A stretch of DNA of 64,000 nt from Marsupella aquatica (Eukaryota > Plantae > Marchantiophyta). The stretch is from the NCBI GenBank assembly GCA_973895155.1, contig OZ316896.1:12814549-12878548 (forward strand). The letters run 5' to 3'. The notes below the pieces were generated by a model, which had not been told where the DNA came from, ran no database searches, and worked only from the letters and a program-made list of their open reading frames with translations. Every line of letters starts with the position of its first letter. Within the stretch, counting starts at the first letter, position 1. Made by a program: the position numbers and the translations under genes. Below are positions 1-13,349 of the stretch, piece after piece.

Positions 1-532
1 GATAGACAAGACAAAATGTAATCATCAATTGATTAACCAACGCTCCAGAATGATTCCCTGAGTTTCTATTCCATCGACTGGCTCGATCACAGAGTACGGG
101 CTCATTAGTTAGAAAAGGTCGGTACAGTACAATTCAATAGAATTATAGACAGCAAGCGAACCCATACTGTACTGTCTTGCTCACTCAGATCGACACTCAC
201 CATATGGGAATTCCGGCTTACAAGATCGAGTACTTTACTGCTTTTGCGTCGATGTTAGCAAATAATAGAAGCTGGGACTGTGTTGATTCCCGCTTGTGAG
301 ACTCGTTGAAATATGCATGGCATGCGTAATTGCGCGCTCGTGATTCCAAGCTTGCACAGCCAGGGCGAGTGAGTGATTCCCAGCTATGCCGGCACCGTAC
401 CGGTGCGTAATTGATCGAAGAGAATCGGAGCGGCGGATGTTATTTTGTACTGTAGTCCTCTTTGCTCAGAATCCTCAGCACTGCTGCCTGAGCCTACTCG
501 TTATAATTAAAGCAACATAAGCGTAACGTACG

Positions 533-583
533 CTTTCTTCTTTCTTTCTTTCTCTCTCTCTTTCTTTCTTTTTGTCTTTCTTT
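533..583. repeat. CT-rich pyrimidine microsatellite (CTTT/CT)n
   Basis: Run ctttcttctttctttctttctctctctctttctttctttttgtctttcttt. Confidence 0.8.
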
Positions 584-2839
584 AAACCACGACTACGGTT
601 ATAAAAGACATGTATCACACTGCCAAGAACAAAATGAGGCAAACCAGGGGACTAGGCCTCCACCTTAGCAACCACCAACTCTGTGTATCACGGAGTGTTC
701 TAATCAAACAATGTGGTAAGTACCTTGTCCGTGGCCAAAAAGCTCATTGGTTACACGAAGACTGAACAAAGTCACTGCCTCCTAGGTACCCTTCCATCCT
801 CCCTATTCAAGTGGGCACGGACTACAAGCACATACCAGGCCTGCTGGCTAATTTGCCAGACTTGTACACATTTGTTATAAACATACCCTTTTTCCAGATA
901 CATACTGTACACAAATGGTCACACCACTGACTTCACTTTGTTCAGCTCAACAAGATATACTACTGATTTTTGAAAAGCGTTTGACCCCCTACCAGTTTTT
1001 CTAGTCAAAATTTGGCCCAGATTTTTCCCTGAACCTTACTTTGAAAATGCTTTCCCGATACAAAAGGAAATAGACACTTTGATCCTTATTTAACAAAGAG
1101 GGTACTGCTCAAATCTAATGGTTCTCCTCAAATTCAGGGTTCACATAGCATGTGCACATGACATGTGCCAGAACTGTATAATAAAATTATTTCCCAGTGC
1201 ATCATAGGGCAGAAGAATACACTTACACTCCTTTCCCAAAATAAAATAAGGATGGCTGAATCCCCTCCCCCCCCCCCCCCCCCACCAACAAATTTGATGA
1301 CCAGCAGCTGGCCTGCGACGACGACTGTGGGTCATAAGAAACCATGTTCCATTTATCACCACGGTACCTTTTTGCAGAAACTACAGTACGTCGCTCTCTT
1401 CACACCCTTTTCAATTTTGGGGTCCAGACACTAAATGCATTGCTGCAAAGGCCCCGCTAAACGACGATTTCCATTACTTGCCTAATAGCATTATTTTCCA
1501 ACCTGGGATGCGTGGACCACTCTCTAACCAGTCGCCGGTTTATACAGACTTCAGTAGTGTGGTCAGTCTCCGAACCCGCAAGTACAACGGTGCCACTGAC
1601 ATGTCAGGAGGTCACTAAAGGACTGTCCCATGCTGTAGTTGTGTTTACAGTACAGATGTTTTTCATTTACGAGAGGGAAAATGGATAAGTAACGTTGTGA
1701 AATTTTCTACAATAACAATTTTTTTCTGGTTATATTTACATTCTTGTTGTTCTCTTTGATGTAATTGTTTACTCCATTAGCGCCTTTCCCACAACTATTA
1801 AGCGAAGCAACTCTAGCTAGTCTGGAAAGCTCCAATGGTCAATTTCTTGCCAGCTTTATTATTGGATGATTTTCCATCATCTGAACATAACCTCAGCACC
1901 CAGGCCTAGACTCTACTGAGGGGACTGAGGAGTGGGGCAACTACTGTAGGTGATTGTGAATTTTCATGGGAGAAAAATAAGAAACCCAAGCCAATTTCCA
2001 AGCCAATTTCCAGGGTTGAAGAGAGTATTATGGTTAGTTAGAGGACATGCGAAGATCATCTGATTGTGAAATCTGGCCAGATGTTGACAGTGAGATTATT
2101 TCAAGTCAATCAGAGTTATTTTTTTGTAACCAACAATGACAAAGAGACTAATTGTTCTAAAAAGATGACGAAAATGTATTTCAAGAAAGTAGAATCACAA
2201 TATTATAAGTCTTAAAAATTAAGTTACAAAGAATGTTACACACCCAATCAATAAGGTACCGTCGTGAGAGAAGCGTACGGTATACTGTACAGTAACATAC
2301 GGTATTGTGCAATCTGCTATTGCCTATCGATTCCCTAAACATAAGCTGACAGAGTGTAGGGGTTTTTTCACGTAAAATCAATGCATTATAGGGTAACACT
2401 GACACCGTGCCTCACTGTCACTGTGTCACAATTTGTTATACACGTACAGCGGGGCCAATTGCCGCAATTTACGCTCCGTTCAGTGTAAAATTGTCCGTCA
2501 TATCAGGTGATGAACATGTAGGATCGATGACAGGTCACCAACCACTGACATGAAGCCTGACAGTACGAGCCGTGTTGTACTCTCGATTACCGTAAGCAAT
2601 TCTCTCAATCTTTGCATTATGACTGTCTGGCTGATATCTATTGTGCATCACTGCATTGTTCCATCATTCTCTAAAACTCTAAAAGGCACTGAGCTGACAT
2701 GGACCCTTGTGTACAGTAGTCATGCCTCACAAAGGTAGTCTTTGATTATTGGAAAGTCGAGAGCTGTAATGATTTGCTATACTAGGTGTAAAGCTGCATA
2801 AGATAGAACAGTTGACCAGGTGAAGGAAGCCAGGAAGGG

Positions 2840-3590
2840 TTAAGTTATGTCAATTAAGCACAATGCAGCTCTTTGAATGGAATTCAACGAAATCCTGCTC
2901 TTCATCACCAACTCATCTGCAGAGAGAGCATTAGGATAGTAATAATGATGTAGTTTGCAGAAGTTCAGGTTTAGCTGGAGTGAGTGACGATAAAGTTACG
3001 TCTCTCATTCTATAATTGCCAACTTGCCCATGAATGGAATTCAATCAAATCTTATGAAACAAAACCAAAAACTCAATGGGCAAATACTATATTTAGTCCA
3101 TAGTCTCCCAACGACAGCTCCCTAAATCTCCAGTCCTTATCATCCAGCTCAAATGTAGTTTTGCCTTCAAGGATCAATAAGTTCTTGGCTCCCAATGAGC
3201 CACTGTGCGTGTCATAGAGGTGCCCATTTCAGCTGTTTTGTTTACTTTCATGACAGATCTTAACCTTTCGTCCTCTGTCAAATCTCTTGCATATAGTCGA
3301 TCTTGTTGCTTCACTTTAGCCAACCATGCAGCGTCAATCATGTGTCGATGATCTATAATAACGATTGTACAGTGAGATTATAGGTCTGCAGGAACTCGTA
3401 CGCAGATAACTCACTAAAGATCTGCAGGCTAGGACGTAGACACCACCTTTCTGAACTCGAAACACTGTCTTGTCAAACAGTAACATTGTTTATTGCCATC
3501 CTTCTTGTTCAGTACCATCACGCATTCAACGAGTTCCTTCTCTGCCCATCGGTCTGGATTATATTCGTTATCCCATGCTTTTGAGAACAG
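2840..3590 (-). pseudogene. Decayed coding fragments of an unidentified gene
   Basis: Minus-strand protein-like stretches in shifted frames (AWDNEYNPDRWAEKELVECVMVL; HMIDAAWLAKVKQQDRLYARDL; NLLILEGKTTFELDDKDWRFRELSLGDYG) and an acceptor-like ctctctgcag near 2918. No family recognised. Confidence 0.3.
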
Positions 3591-3645
3591 TAGGAGACTG
3601 ATGTAGTGAGGTCCCACAACTCTGACGATGAAAGATGATACAAGT

Positions 3646-3997
3646 CTACAAGCAGAGGGGAAACATTCCTGGTAGAACGTAAACAGCCAGCAAATTCGCA
3701 GCACCGGCCCAACAGTTCTGCTACAAAATCACATGACCCACACAAACTGAAGGGTTCGCTTGGACTAGTTGGGCCAAACAGTTAAAAGTAAATTGAGTGC
3801 TGCCGGGTGAGTAAAGTAGATAGAATACAACACAGCAGTAATTTCAAACTGATGCAAATCTACAGTACTAGCAGTGGGGGAACATTCCTGCTAGAAGGTA
3901 AACAGCCAGCACATTCCCAGCCCCTAATAAAGACCCACAGAGTTACTGAAGGGTTGGCTTGGACTAGTTGGGCCAAAGCAGATAAATTAAAAATTGG
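3646..3997. repeat. Diverged direct repeat, two copies about 220 bp apart
   Basis: aacattcctg-tagaa-gtaaacagccagca and actgaagggtt-gcttggactagttgggccaaa each occur at ~3660-3780 and ~3880-3977. Confidence 0.8.
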
Positions 3998-5879
3998 GGT
4001 CAGCCTCACAAGTAGAGCAAATACAAAACAACACTCCAGTAGTAAAACAACACTGCAGTCCATTTGGTTCACGTTTGCTCCACCACAATTCAGCCAACGG
4101 TTTCCAAATAACCTAGAAATGAGTAGGTTAGGCGGGAGTTTAGGGAACTAATAAGTGGAACTGCCCTCTGTGATATATGCATTTAATAATTAGAAATTTA
4201 ATTTCCAGAGAAAAAAAGAGAGAAACTACTGTAGATTTGCCACATTCTTGTTGATTTGTTGTTCTTGGCAGCACACAAGTAGGGACGAGGAGAAATTACA
4301 GGAAAGTTGTTCATGCTTCATATATACCAGGTTCTTCAACTGACATATTCTTTACCTGGTTCAACATAGGTTACGATGGTGCATACCCGGTGACAGCTGT
4401 CCTTACTACAGGAATTAGTTAGTTATCGACCACTATGCTATTCATACCAACAGGTGTGACAAACCTAGTGTAGCTTGACGAGTGCATCTCTTGACACCCT
4501 TGATTCCCGAAACTCTACCCTGACGATGAGGCGCAATTCTGTATTTTCCTGGTTCCATTGTGGGCCGTACAGTCCTTACTTGTCGGTGGTCAATCAAAGT
4601 CTTATTCACGATTTGTTTGAATGTATTTTCAGTTTTTCATAGGAATTGAACTCACCCAGAATTGCAGACTACTTGTGACAATGCCATATTAGTTTCGGGA
4701 CTGAGAGTTCCCCTTGCATATATTGCAGGATTCAGTATTTTGAGGCTGCATGTAGCAAGATTATTGTAAGGGCATCTGCAACCTATGACCAGGAACTTTG
4801 CCGGTGCTGGGCAGTCGAACAGACCAACTTTTTACTGGTGCAAAGTGGGGGCTCCAACAAACACACAAACACTAGCTGCAAAACCTCGTCGACGCCTGAT
4901 ATGTTAGCAAGACACCACGATTTGACTATCTGTCATTATTTGGATTGCACTTGCCAATGCAATCCATGGGCTCTAGGTGGAGATGCTCTAAAAAAGGAAG
5001 ATGCAAAATATTTCTAATTGAAAGTAACTAAAATGGACAATACTTTGATGCATATAATTTCGTTGTTAATTATGTAGATGGACCTGGGAGAGGGAATCAG
5101 GTGTGGAATTTTGCTCTGTATAGACGAGTTATATTCATTCACCCCTGGAACATTCAAAAGACTTGCTAAGCCTGGGACTCGAGTTTCATTCTTTCCTTAT
5201 GAGCGAGTAAGCGAGCAAGCGCAGTTGCTCTAGCTTGAGAATGATTTGTTCCAAATCTGAAGATTCTGGGCTTATTTAAAAGTGATGGCCCACACTTATC
5301 ATATGAGCTCCTGATGAGATTTTACTCACAGACATGTCCTGGAGATGAGTTAATAGTGAAAACCAAGGATATCATGATAAGCACTTCTTTTGGAAGAATC
5401 GATGTTGTTTCCAGTGAGGAAAGGGGGCCTGTGGGTTTGGAAGGAGCCATTCTTGAAAGTCCACTGCTATTGAGTTGTCGTAAGATTATTCAGTGAGTGA
5501 GCTTATTGATGTCCACTGCTATTTTGAAGTCTCCGTGACCTGCCAAGAGGCTTGGTGGCAACATTTGCAATCGTTCATGCTTCTTAGAAACAACTCTATC
5601 TTTCTAGTTTGGATTCTACAGAAGCCGTTCAAAAGCTCTTGGTGCTGTGATTCTATTCGAATCAGTTTTGGGGTGAATCCTTGAGACCTGTTGCTGGAAT
5701 TTCCCTCTTGTACCTGTTCGCTCCATTCAGCCCTTAGCTCTGTTCCGCCATCATCTCATTCACCACGATCTTCCCACCTCCCTGTTTTACAGAAGTTCCT
5801 TAATTGGAATGTCATACAAATACTTCAAATGTGCTGGTTCACCACCATCTTCTCACCTCCCTAATATACAGAAGTTCAG

Positions 5880-7580
5880 ATATTAAGATCCCTCTCTGAA
5901 GTCGTAGAAACCCTTGAATTGTGCAAAAAGATCCTTAATTGAAATGTCGAACAAATTCTTCAGTTGTGCGAGACAATTCTGAGAGCAGCAAAAGAAATCT
6001 CTATGATAACGTTGGTTGAACATACTGGACTTCGACTTCAAGTGCATCATTTTGGGGGGGAATTTTGAATTTTGTAGTTTTTCTCTCATTCAAGCTCTTC
6101 TCGGCGAATGAAGGTGACGAGACGAAACCAGCAAAGGGACAAGATCGGTGACTTGCAGTCGCAAATGGAATGGACAGAATGGAAACTGCTTTCACTTCCA
6201 GCTACATACCTTTTTTCTTCTAGGTTAATTGTCACGTGAGATGATCTTATTTTCTGAGAGGATGAACGACTTTACGAATTGCGATAGTATTTCTTTTTGA
6301 CAATCTGTCTTCTCCATGTCGTTAGAAAGTGAACCTAACGGACAAAATTGCTTGAACGAGTAGTTACTGGCTTTACTTAATATATGTAGCTTCGGTAAAA
6401 TTTCTTTCCTTGCATGATCCATCTATTTGTGAGTACATTCAGAGGAGGTCTCTTGAATTGCAGAGCTTACACCAAGTAAGCAGCATATCGTCATGGAATC
6501 ACAGAAGCACTGAATACTTTGTAACCATTTTCTTTCGAGAAAAACATTAGATCCCATTCTCCTTCAACTCTTCTATTCTGCTAATTTGCTCGCGGGCTGG
6601 CTGGCTGTGGATTGGATCTCTCTATTGATTGACTCATCAATCTCAAGAAGGGAGATGGTAAGGTTATTGTTAGGCTCTCTCGCTGCCTTCATAGTCATGC
6701 TGGCATTTTCTTTTGTTTCTCCGATCGCTTTTGCCTATAGAATTACTCGTTTAAGCGCTCGCTGTAGCTGGTTGGAGTTTGGTAGGGCCTAGTGTTGCAG
6801 CCTATGGAGGAAGGCCAACATGGTGGACAATCATTCTGACATTCCTGGATGGCAAGACTGTAGACGCCTTTACCAATTCTTGCGAGAATCTTAATGGAAA
6901 GAGCCTTTACTACTTCAGAGGCAGACAGTTATTGGTAATATCGGCCTCAAGGCTTCACAAAGCAAGTTTTTGGTAGGCAAGCTTGCCTTCGATGCATATG
7001 ATCATTGCAAGATCAGCAATTAATGTGCAGCTAGATTCTCCTTGAATATGCAATCAACCTTCTTTCTTTCTTTATGATCGTAAGAGAGAACGTCTTATCA
7101 AAGCTGCGGATCACTGGTTCCAGGATTAGATAGAGTTGGCAGAGTCGGTGGACATATTTTTGGAACACTGAGCGATTACTACTGGATGAATATGAATCCT
7201 GAGTGCCAGGGAATGTTCTATATTTACAAGCTCAGGTCTGGCATCGTAGAGTGCTTCTGGTTCTTCCGCTATTCATTGTCTGCCTAACATTGACTTCTCT
7301 AAACTACATGAAACTTGACACAACTGTTCTGAATGTAATGGCTTCAGCGGCTGGGGTTTTGTTCTGAGTTGTTGTGAATAGCCAGACGTTGATTGCTTTT
7401 AGTGATTTTCAATATGTGAAAGTTCCATTTCGAAGGCCAGATCAAAACAGCAATACGATTTACTAAATTTTGATCTGTCCCGAATTTGATCAATCCTGGA
7501 TTTTGCGGGGGCACTCTAAATTCTTGATTCGTATTGTCCCACAATCTTCAATGAACTCAAACAGAAGAAAAGCTTCGAAT
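5880..7580 (-). pseudogene. Heavily decayed minus-strand coding region
   Basis: Chain of short K/E/L-rich minus-strand reading frames broken by stops and frameshifts (ORFs 5883-6089, 6225-6422, 7344-7544). The 5' part carries LSSLKIVGQYESR and PGL...AVLIWP motifs. Confidence 0.3.
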
Positions 7581-9053
7581 TTATGTTAGATTCATTGTTC
7601 CATTGTCAGGATTGATCATGCAATCTGCGATTTTTATCAATACTACTACTGTACATGATAAGGAAGCCTGGGATACATGTCAAGAGTGTTTTGGAAATAC
7701 AAATCCGAACAAATTCTTTGGCAAAGTGGAGAATATATGTATAAGGTTTGTTTGAATGTTTAAAAATTGGATTCCAACTGATTTCCCCGCTTATAACTGG
7801 TACTGGCGCATATCAATTACTGGCGCATGAATAGCTCATCTGCTTAATTTGTTTAAGTACTTGAAACATCTTGGGGTCGATCAAGTGCATGGCCTGTGAT
7901 AGTCTGTGGCCTTGTGTGTGGAGTTCTCAGAGGAGAATGAAGCGGACCTTGCAAATAGCAGACGAAACAAGAGGGTATAACGATTCATTCAGTCAGAGTG
8001 ACGCAACTTGTAAAAGGCCATTGATCCAAGGTTTATTACTAAAGGAATCTCCTTTCACTGGGTTCCACTAGAGACAAAAAGTTAGTATGGGATTCTTCGC
8101 CATCTCCATTTGAATACTGGGAATACGAAAATATTACGCTTGCCTCCCGTTTGGAGAAGATCTTTCGTCCTTGGTAGAACAAATCATTTAATCCAATGGA
8201 ATGGCAGAGAAACATTGCATATATCACAATCCAATTCCACGCGCGTATGCATCATTGCAGATAGAGGGAGTTGCCTGACCCTGAACATGGTTTCCAACTT
8301 GACGAACCTGTCGCAAGTCACAGACCACACAGTCACTTAGAGCACTGGTAAGAGTCTTCTGCAAAAACTGTCACAAAGCAATAACATATGCACTTTGTGG
8401 GATGCCTAAAGATGGTGTCATCTGCATTGCTAACTAAACCCAGAACTGATTTGTGCATTCTGGGTTAGAAGAAAAGAAGTGAGGACACCAGATATTGAAC
8501 TTGTCCTTCCATAGTGATTGATCACATCCAGAATCCGTTGTGGATGGGTTTTAATTTTTTCTAAAAGAACATTAAAGGTGTTTTAATCCATTTCTGGGAA
8601 TTATATAACCATAGGGCTATTTTAAACCAAATATGAGAATATTCCTAAAAGTTTAGGGTAGAAAATTTTCCTGAAAAAACTTTACTCACTTTAGTTTTTG
8701 GGGTGTTATTCCCCCAAACTTTGCTCATGATATGGAACCCCCCATAGAATGAGGCCCCCAAGGTTCAATTATTAATACAAATGCTCAAAACAGGTGGGGA
8801 TTAAAAACAAAATTATTGATTGACTGGGTCCACTAAAATCATGACATCTGGGTGAATATGCAGATGAAATTCTACATCCTTTCAGGTCCATGACTCTGGA
8901 CATGTCAGTACAATTGATGGGTGCAATTTGCAATCTCTTTTTGAAAGAACCAGTCAGAAGCAATATGCTTCTCGCATGGTCAACCATGCGCTTTAGTTGA
9001 TAGTGATAATAATGAAGCTTTGACCCAAAACTGTATTGTCCTCACTTAGCATA

Positions 9054-9400
9054 CTAGCCCAATGCCCATGCCTTGCACAGAAAATGTCAAGGTGGGGAAA
9101 AGATGTTGAAGGGAATGAAAGTTGTCAAGGAGACAAAAAGTTCTTGTAGTGAGAAAAATATGTCAAGGTGAGGCAAAATTGTCAAGGCAACACAAAGAAA
9201 TGCAAGCAAGCTTATTCTCTCTGCATTGCAAAAAATATGTTACGTAAGACATGTCATTGCATAAAATATGTTGTTGTGCAAAACATTACATTGCATTAAA
9301 GAGTTATTCACCGTATGTCATTATGTAAAAGAAGTTGCTCTACAAAACAATGTTGTGTTTGGGTTACATTGCATAAAAGTTATCGTTGTGCACAAGATGT
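9054..9400 (-). mobile_element. Non-autonomous Helitron-like element, 3' end at 9054
   Basis: Minus strand ends tctgtgcaaggcatgggcattgggCTAG|T, close to the plant Helitron 3' consensus (CCGTGCAACGCACGGGC...CTAG|T). Internal degenerate tgtcaagg/aaaatatgtt repeats. 5' end not located. Confidence 0.5.
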
Positions 9401-10310
9401 AATTCAACAGATAAGAAATTTCTGCAGAATAGATTTAATGCACAAACTGAAAGAAAAACATAGACTGACACTAAAAGAGTGGAGAGAATACACATGATGA
9501 AAGTCTTCATTCCTTAATTTAAATAGAGAATTATCATATTCACGTGGGAGGCTTGGGGAGAAAAGAGTACTCGGTTGGGAGATGGGATAACAAGGATCAT
9601 TCATTGATCCTTGCCTTTGCCCCTTTCATCTATACTCTAGAGGGGACGGGGCAAGATCAAGTCTCCCAGGCCCTCCCTATTTTCTCATCCATGTGTCTCC
9701 TCCGTTCACATTTCTCTTTGATCCTTGCCCGCCCTCCTTGTATTGCTTCCATGCAAGTCTTTCTATCCTTGGGATGAAAAAAGTCAAACTTTTGAGACAA
9801 CTGTACCACAATAAAAAAAAACCATAGGACTATTTGTCATAGTTTGTGGGTGCATAAGGTCTTATCATTTTGGCTAGGTGGTTGTAGTTACAATGAAAGT
9901 ATTGTTATTTTGGTCATGATTGTGAAAGTATTGTTGTCAAAGAAGGTGAATGTGAGAGCATTGGGATCCAAGATGGGTGACAACAACCATAGCATCATGG
10001 TCACCCGACAGAACGGTGCAATTTTTATTTTTAATTCATAAATAGATATTTCTTTCTTTCTTTTTTGGGGCAAGAAAATACAAAATTATCCCATTTTTTC
10101 CCCTTCTCTTCTTATTCCCTGCCTTTTTAATTGTTCTCCACTCACGCAAGTTTTGTCCCCTTTTTCCTCTATCCTCCCCCTCATTTTTTTCCTTCCAGGC
10201 AATTTCTCGGTACTCTCCCCCTCATATTTGCTACATCTTTATGACACTCTAGTACACCCCATAATTACATTTGTTCTTGTTCTTATTTCTTATTTGCACA
10301 CAAGCATAAA

Positions 10311-10436
10311 TGTATCGCAATATGATTAGGTGTACCCTGGCCACGATACCCTTCCATGTGAGTGCACACAGGGATAATTGTATACTTGTATCGCAATATG
10401 ATTAGGTGTACCTTGGCCACGATACCCTTCCATGTG
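10311..10436. repeat. Direct repeat of a ~50-bp unit, period 76 bp
   Basis: tgtatcgcaatatgattaggtgtacc(c/t)tggccacgatacccttccatgtg at 10311 and 10387. Confidence 0.9.
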
Positions 10437-10822
10437 CGAGAGGACTCACATGATGTCAGACAATAAGATACTTTTGGTTGCATCTATGATTACTAAAATT
10501 CACCATTTCAATGGACGATCAGGATTCAATCACGCCTTTTCCACTTTTCGTCGTAAACAGACGAGGGATAGCATATTAGAGAGTTTGATTGATTTGATTG
10601 ATTTGATTGTCAAGAGTAGTAGTGGAGAAATTTCAATTCTGGAGATGGCCGTGACATTTCTACAGTAAATGTGTCTTCGAGGATCAATCACGGCCAGCTG
10701 ACGACAGAAATATGATCACACACGATTGAATCGGAGTAAACTATATTCCGCTTAGGTAGTTGTGGCAGTGCTCGCAAGATCGACAGATTGTTTGTTCGCT
10801 ATTTGAGGACCATTGGCCAGAT

Positions 10823-12010
10823 ATGGACTGGTTGGAGGATGATTGGATCGACTGGCAGAAGATTGTGGCCTACATTTGCAAGGAGACGGAGCTTGTTGAA
10901 GAAATCGAGCTCTTGAAGGGCAACGAGCAGTCAAAAGATGTACTCTCGTGGTTTTTACGTTGTGCGTGCACTGCTGCCAAAGCAGAGTATCACCGAGACG
11001 GCATTCTGAGAAAACGCAGCGAAACCTTCAGTCGACTGTACCGTGATAGCATCCCCAAAGTAATTGGATTCCAGGTCAGTGAGCAATCTTGGGAGTGGAT
11101 GTTCCGCAGCCAAAAGGACAACGTGGACTGCAAAAAGCCTCGCAGAACGGTCTACAGCGACGAGGGCGTTATTGTTTGTCTAGCCCTCTTAACGGACCTC
11201 TCAGTCATAATGCTCCATTCTCTAGAGGAAAATTGTAGTGCTGAGCGTATGGTCGACACCATTTCTGTAGTGCGGACTTTAGCGAGTGCTCTTGACAAGC
11301 GCAACCTATTCCAGCGGCATCATGTAGACAGGGACCTTCCCGCATTCATTCAATACAATCCCCACACTTTCACAAAGTTCTTCGCGAGACCCAAACTTTT
11401 TCAACACGATGACAGTGAAGAACCGACGAGTTGCATCAAACTGCCGTACAAGACGAACATCACAATGACGGATGAGCTTTACTACAAGCCTTGCAAGTGC
11501 ACGGTTTGTGAGCCTCCGGAGACCTACCGATGGATTACCATTCTGCTGGAATATTTCGGTAACAACATGGTTTGTGACATCAACGGCTTCCAAGAGCTGG
11601 TCCAGATTCTCAGCTCTGTGAAGCAACCAGAAAAGCTGAAGCTGGAGGTGGTGGAGGTCGTCCTCCACTTCGTTTCAATGGCTCTGGAATTTCTCAAAGA
11701 TGAGATAGCGAGCTCCTTCTTCGACCCGTGTGTTGACATCTTAAGGTTTATATCCACAAGTGATAACTGCAAGTATGTCGCCCATTCTCTTGGGGCTGTG
11801 ACCATGATTTTCAGGCACCTCCGTTCCATCTTCAAGTGCTTTCTACAACCACAAGTGGCCGAGCGCATGGTGGAAGAAGGCCAGAAAAGTATGCAGGAGC
11901 AGCTTCTGGCAGCCTTCTCGGCTAATGTAGAACCTGCAAAAAAGCTGAGCTGCGACGAACGAAGATCCAGTTCGGAGGTAACTATGAATGTCTTGGAGAA
12001 AATGCATTGA
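10823..12010 (+). CDS. USP9X/USP24/USP34 N-terminal-like alpha-helical protein without a catalytic domain (paralogue A, 395 aa, single coding exon)
   Basis: Long open ORF. First in-frame ATG at 10823 (MDWLE, matching MNWIE of paralogue B). Motifs RSETFSRLYRDSI, LASALDKRNLFQRHH and WITILLEYFGN..NGFQEL parallel USP9X KSEACQRFFRDGL, LAMALNPHCKFHIYN and WLVDLLNKFGTLNGFQIL (recalled). A GAG|GTAACT donor at 11977 may give an alternative short last exon at 12803. Confidence 0.8.
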   Translation: MDWLEDDWIDWQKIVAYICKETELVEEIELLKGNEQSKDVLSWFLRCACTAAKAEYHRDGILRKRSETFSRLYRDSIPKVIGFQVSEQSWEWMFRSQKDNVDCKKPRRTVYSDEGVIVCLALLTDLSVIMLHSLEENCSAERMVDTISVVRTLASALDKRNLFQRHHVDRDLPAFIQYNPHTFTKFFARPKLFQHDDSEEPTSCIKLPYKTNITMTDELYYKPCKCTVCEPPETYRWITILLEYFGNNMVCDINGFQELVQILSSVKQPEKLKLEVVEVVLHFVSMALEFLKDEIASSFFDPCVDILRFISTSDNCKYVAHSLGAVTMIFRHLRSIFKCFLQPQVAERMVEEGQKSMQEQLLAAFSANVEPAKKLSCDERRSSSEVTMNVLEKMH

Positions 12011-13083
12011 AGAATCTTCAGTTTAATTCCTTACTTTTTGGTCGAGAATCATTGACGATTATACAGTTTTCGTGCACTATGCACTTTCTTCACCCAATCA
12101 CTGATTCACTTCGCACATTCCAACAATCGATCAAAAGGCTGCTGAGTGTGAAACGATCACTGACTGCTCTGTTAATTAATTTTGCAAAGTGGAAATCTTG
12201 CCAAATTAGAAATACTCCCCCCCTGTTCCCGAAGCAGCTGTCCTACTTATGTGGAATTGTTTTTGGTTCGCTGTTGTTGTTCTGCACCTGTCATGATTTG
12301 AAATTCAGATATTAGTCATTACTTAGTAAATTTTGAAGCTATTCCTACTCTTGACGGATCTATCTTAAAACATTCTAATTAAGCAAGTGTAATAAGAAAG
12401 TTCATCGAGATGTTTGCTACGTACTGCTAATAAATCGTTGAAAGAGAACTTTTTGCTACCACTCTATATGCCCTGTACTTTGCGGTACAATCAGTGGCTC
12501 ATGGAAGATAGTGTGAGAAGTTGTGGACACTGCAGTAGTTTATATATAACGTATAGGCCGGAAATCAAGATTTTGTGAGTGCGGGTAATGGTAAGAAACG
12601 AATTGCATATACGTGAATTTTGGCAGACTGAGTGCAAAATGACAAGTGTGTATGACGAATCCGTCGAGATACCGTAAAATCGTACTCGCAGACAGTGTGT
12701 AATTCGAAAATGGGTACACCTTTCAGAATGACAAAATTAGTTTTCAGCAATCATGCAATTTATCTGCCCATCCGGTTTTGATGAGTCAATCTTCAGTTGC
12801 AGGGTCTGCTGTCGCAGTGCGGTGATCAGGATTAAACCACTGTGGGATTGTCTTTATCGAACAGAAGCTAGTCCCCAAGGCTAGCTACGAAACAACTGTG
12901 AAGAATGCTTCAGAGATTAGTTTCTAGCAACATCCAGTGCGTGGGCATTAGTCTCCAGGATACACGACACTACTTAACGGCTCAGGTTGGGATCTCTTTC
13001 GTTGTCAAGCACGTCGAGAGAATACATATAGTCTTGGCCTTGAGGTCCCTCAAAGAAACTATAGATGTGGGTATCAATTTCAA

Positions 13084-13316
13084 TAACCTTTCCTTGAAGT
13101 AGTGCTTTAGAGGCAGTTTTTTTTGTCTTGAACCAAATGAAGAAGAATGCTTAGTAGACTTTCGCCACCCCAATACTGACATACATTCATTCTAGGGAAC
13201 CTTATCCTTGAAGTAGTGCTTTTCAGAGGCAGTTTTATTTTGTCTTGAATCAAATGAGGAATAACACTTAGTGACTCTCCCTACCCCAATAGTGACATAC
13301 ATTCATCTAGTGAACC
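13084..13316. repeat. Tandem duplication, ~115-bp unit x2
   Basis: tccttgaagtagtgcttt...gaggcagtttt...tgtcttgaa...ccccaata-tgacatacattcat repeated. Confidence 0.85.
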
Positions 13317-13349
13317 CATTTCAGGGTGAGGGTTCCCCATGGATTTGAC

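Noticed and set aside
1165-1434. Poly-proline ORF
   Set aside because: Caused by a poly-C run (1262-1283); no other coding signal
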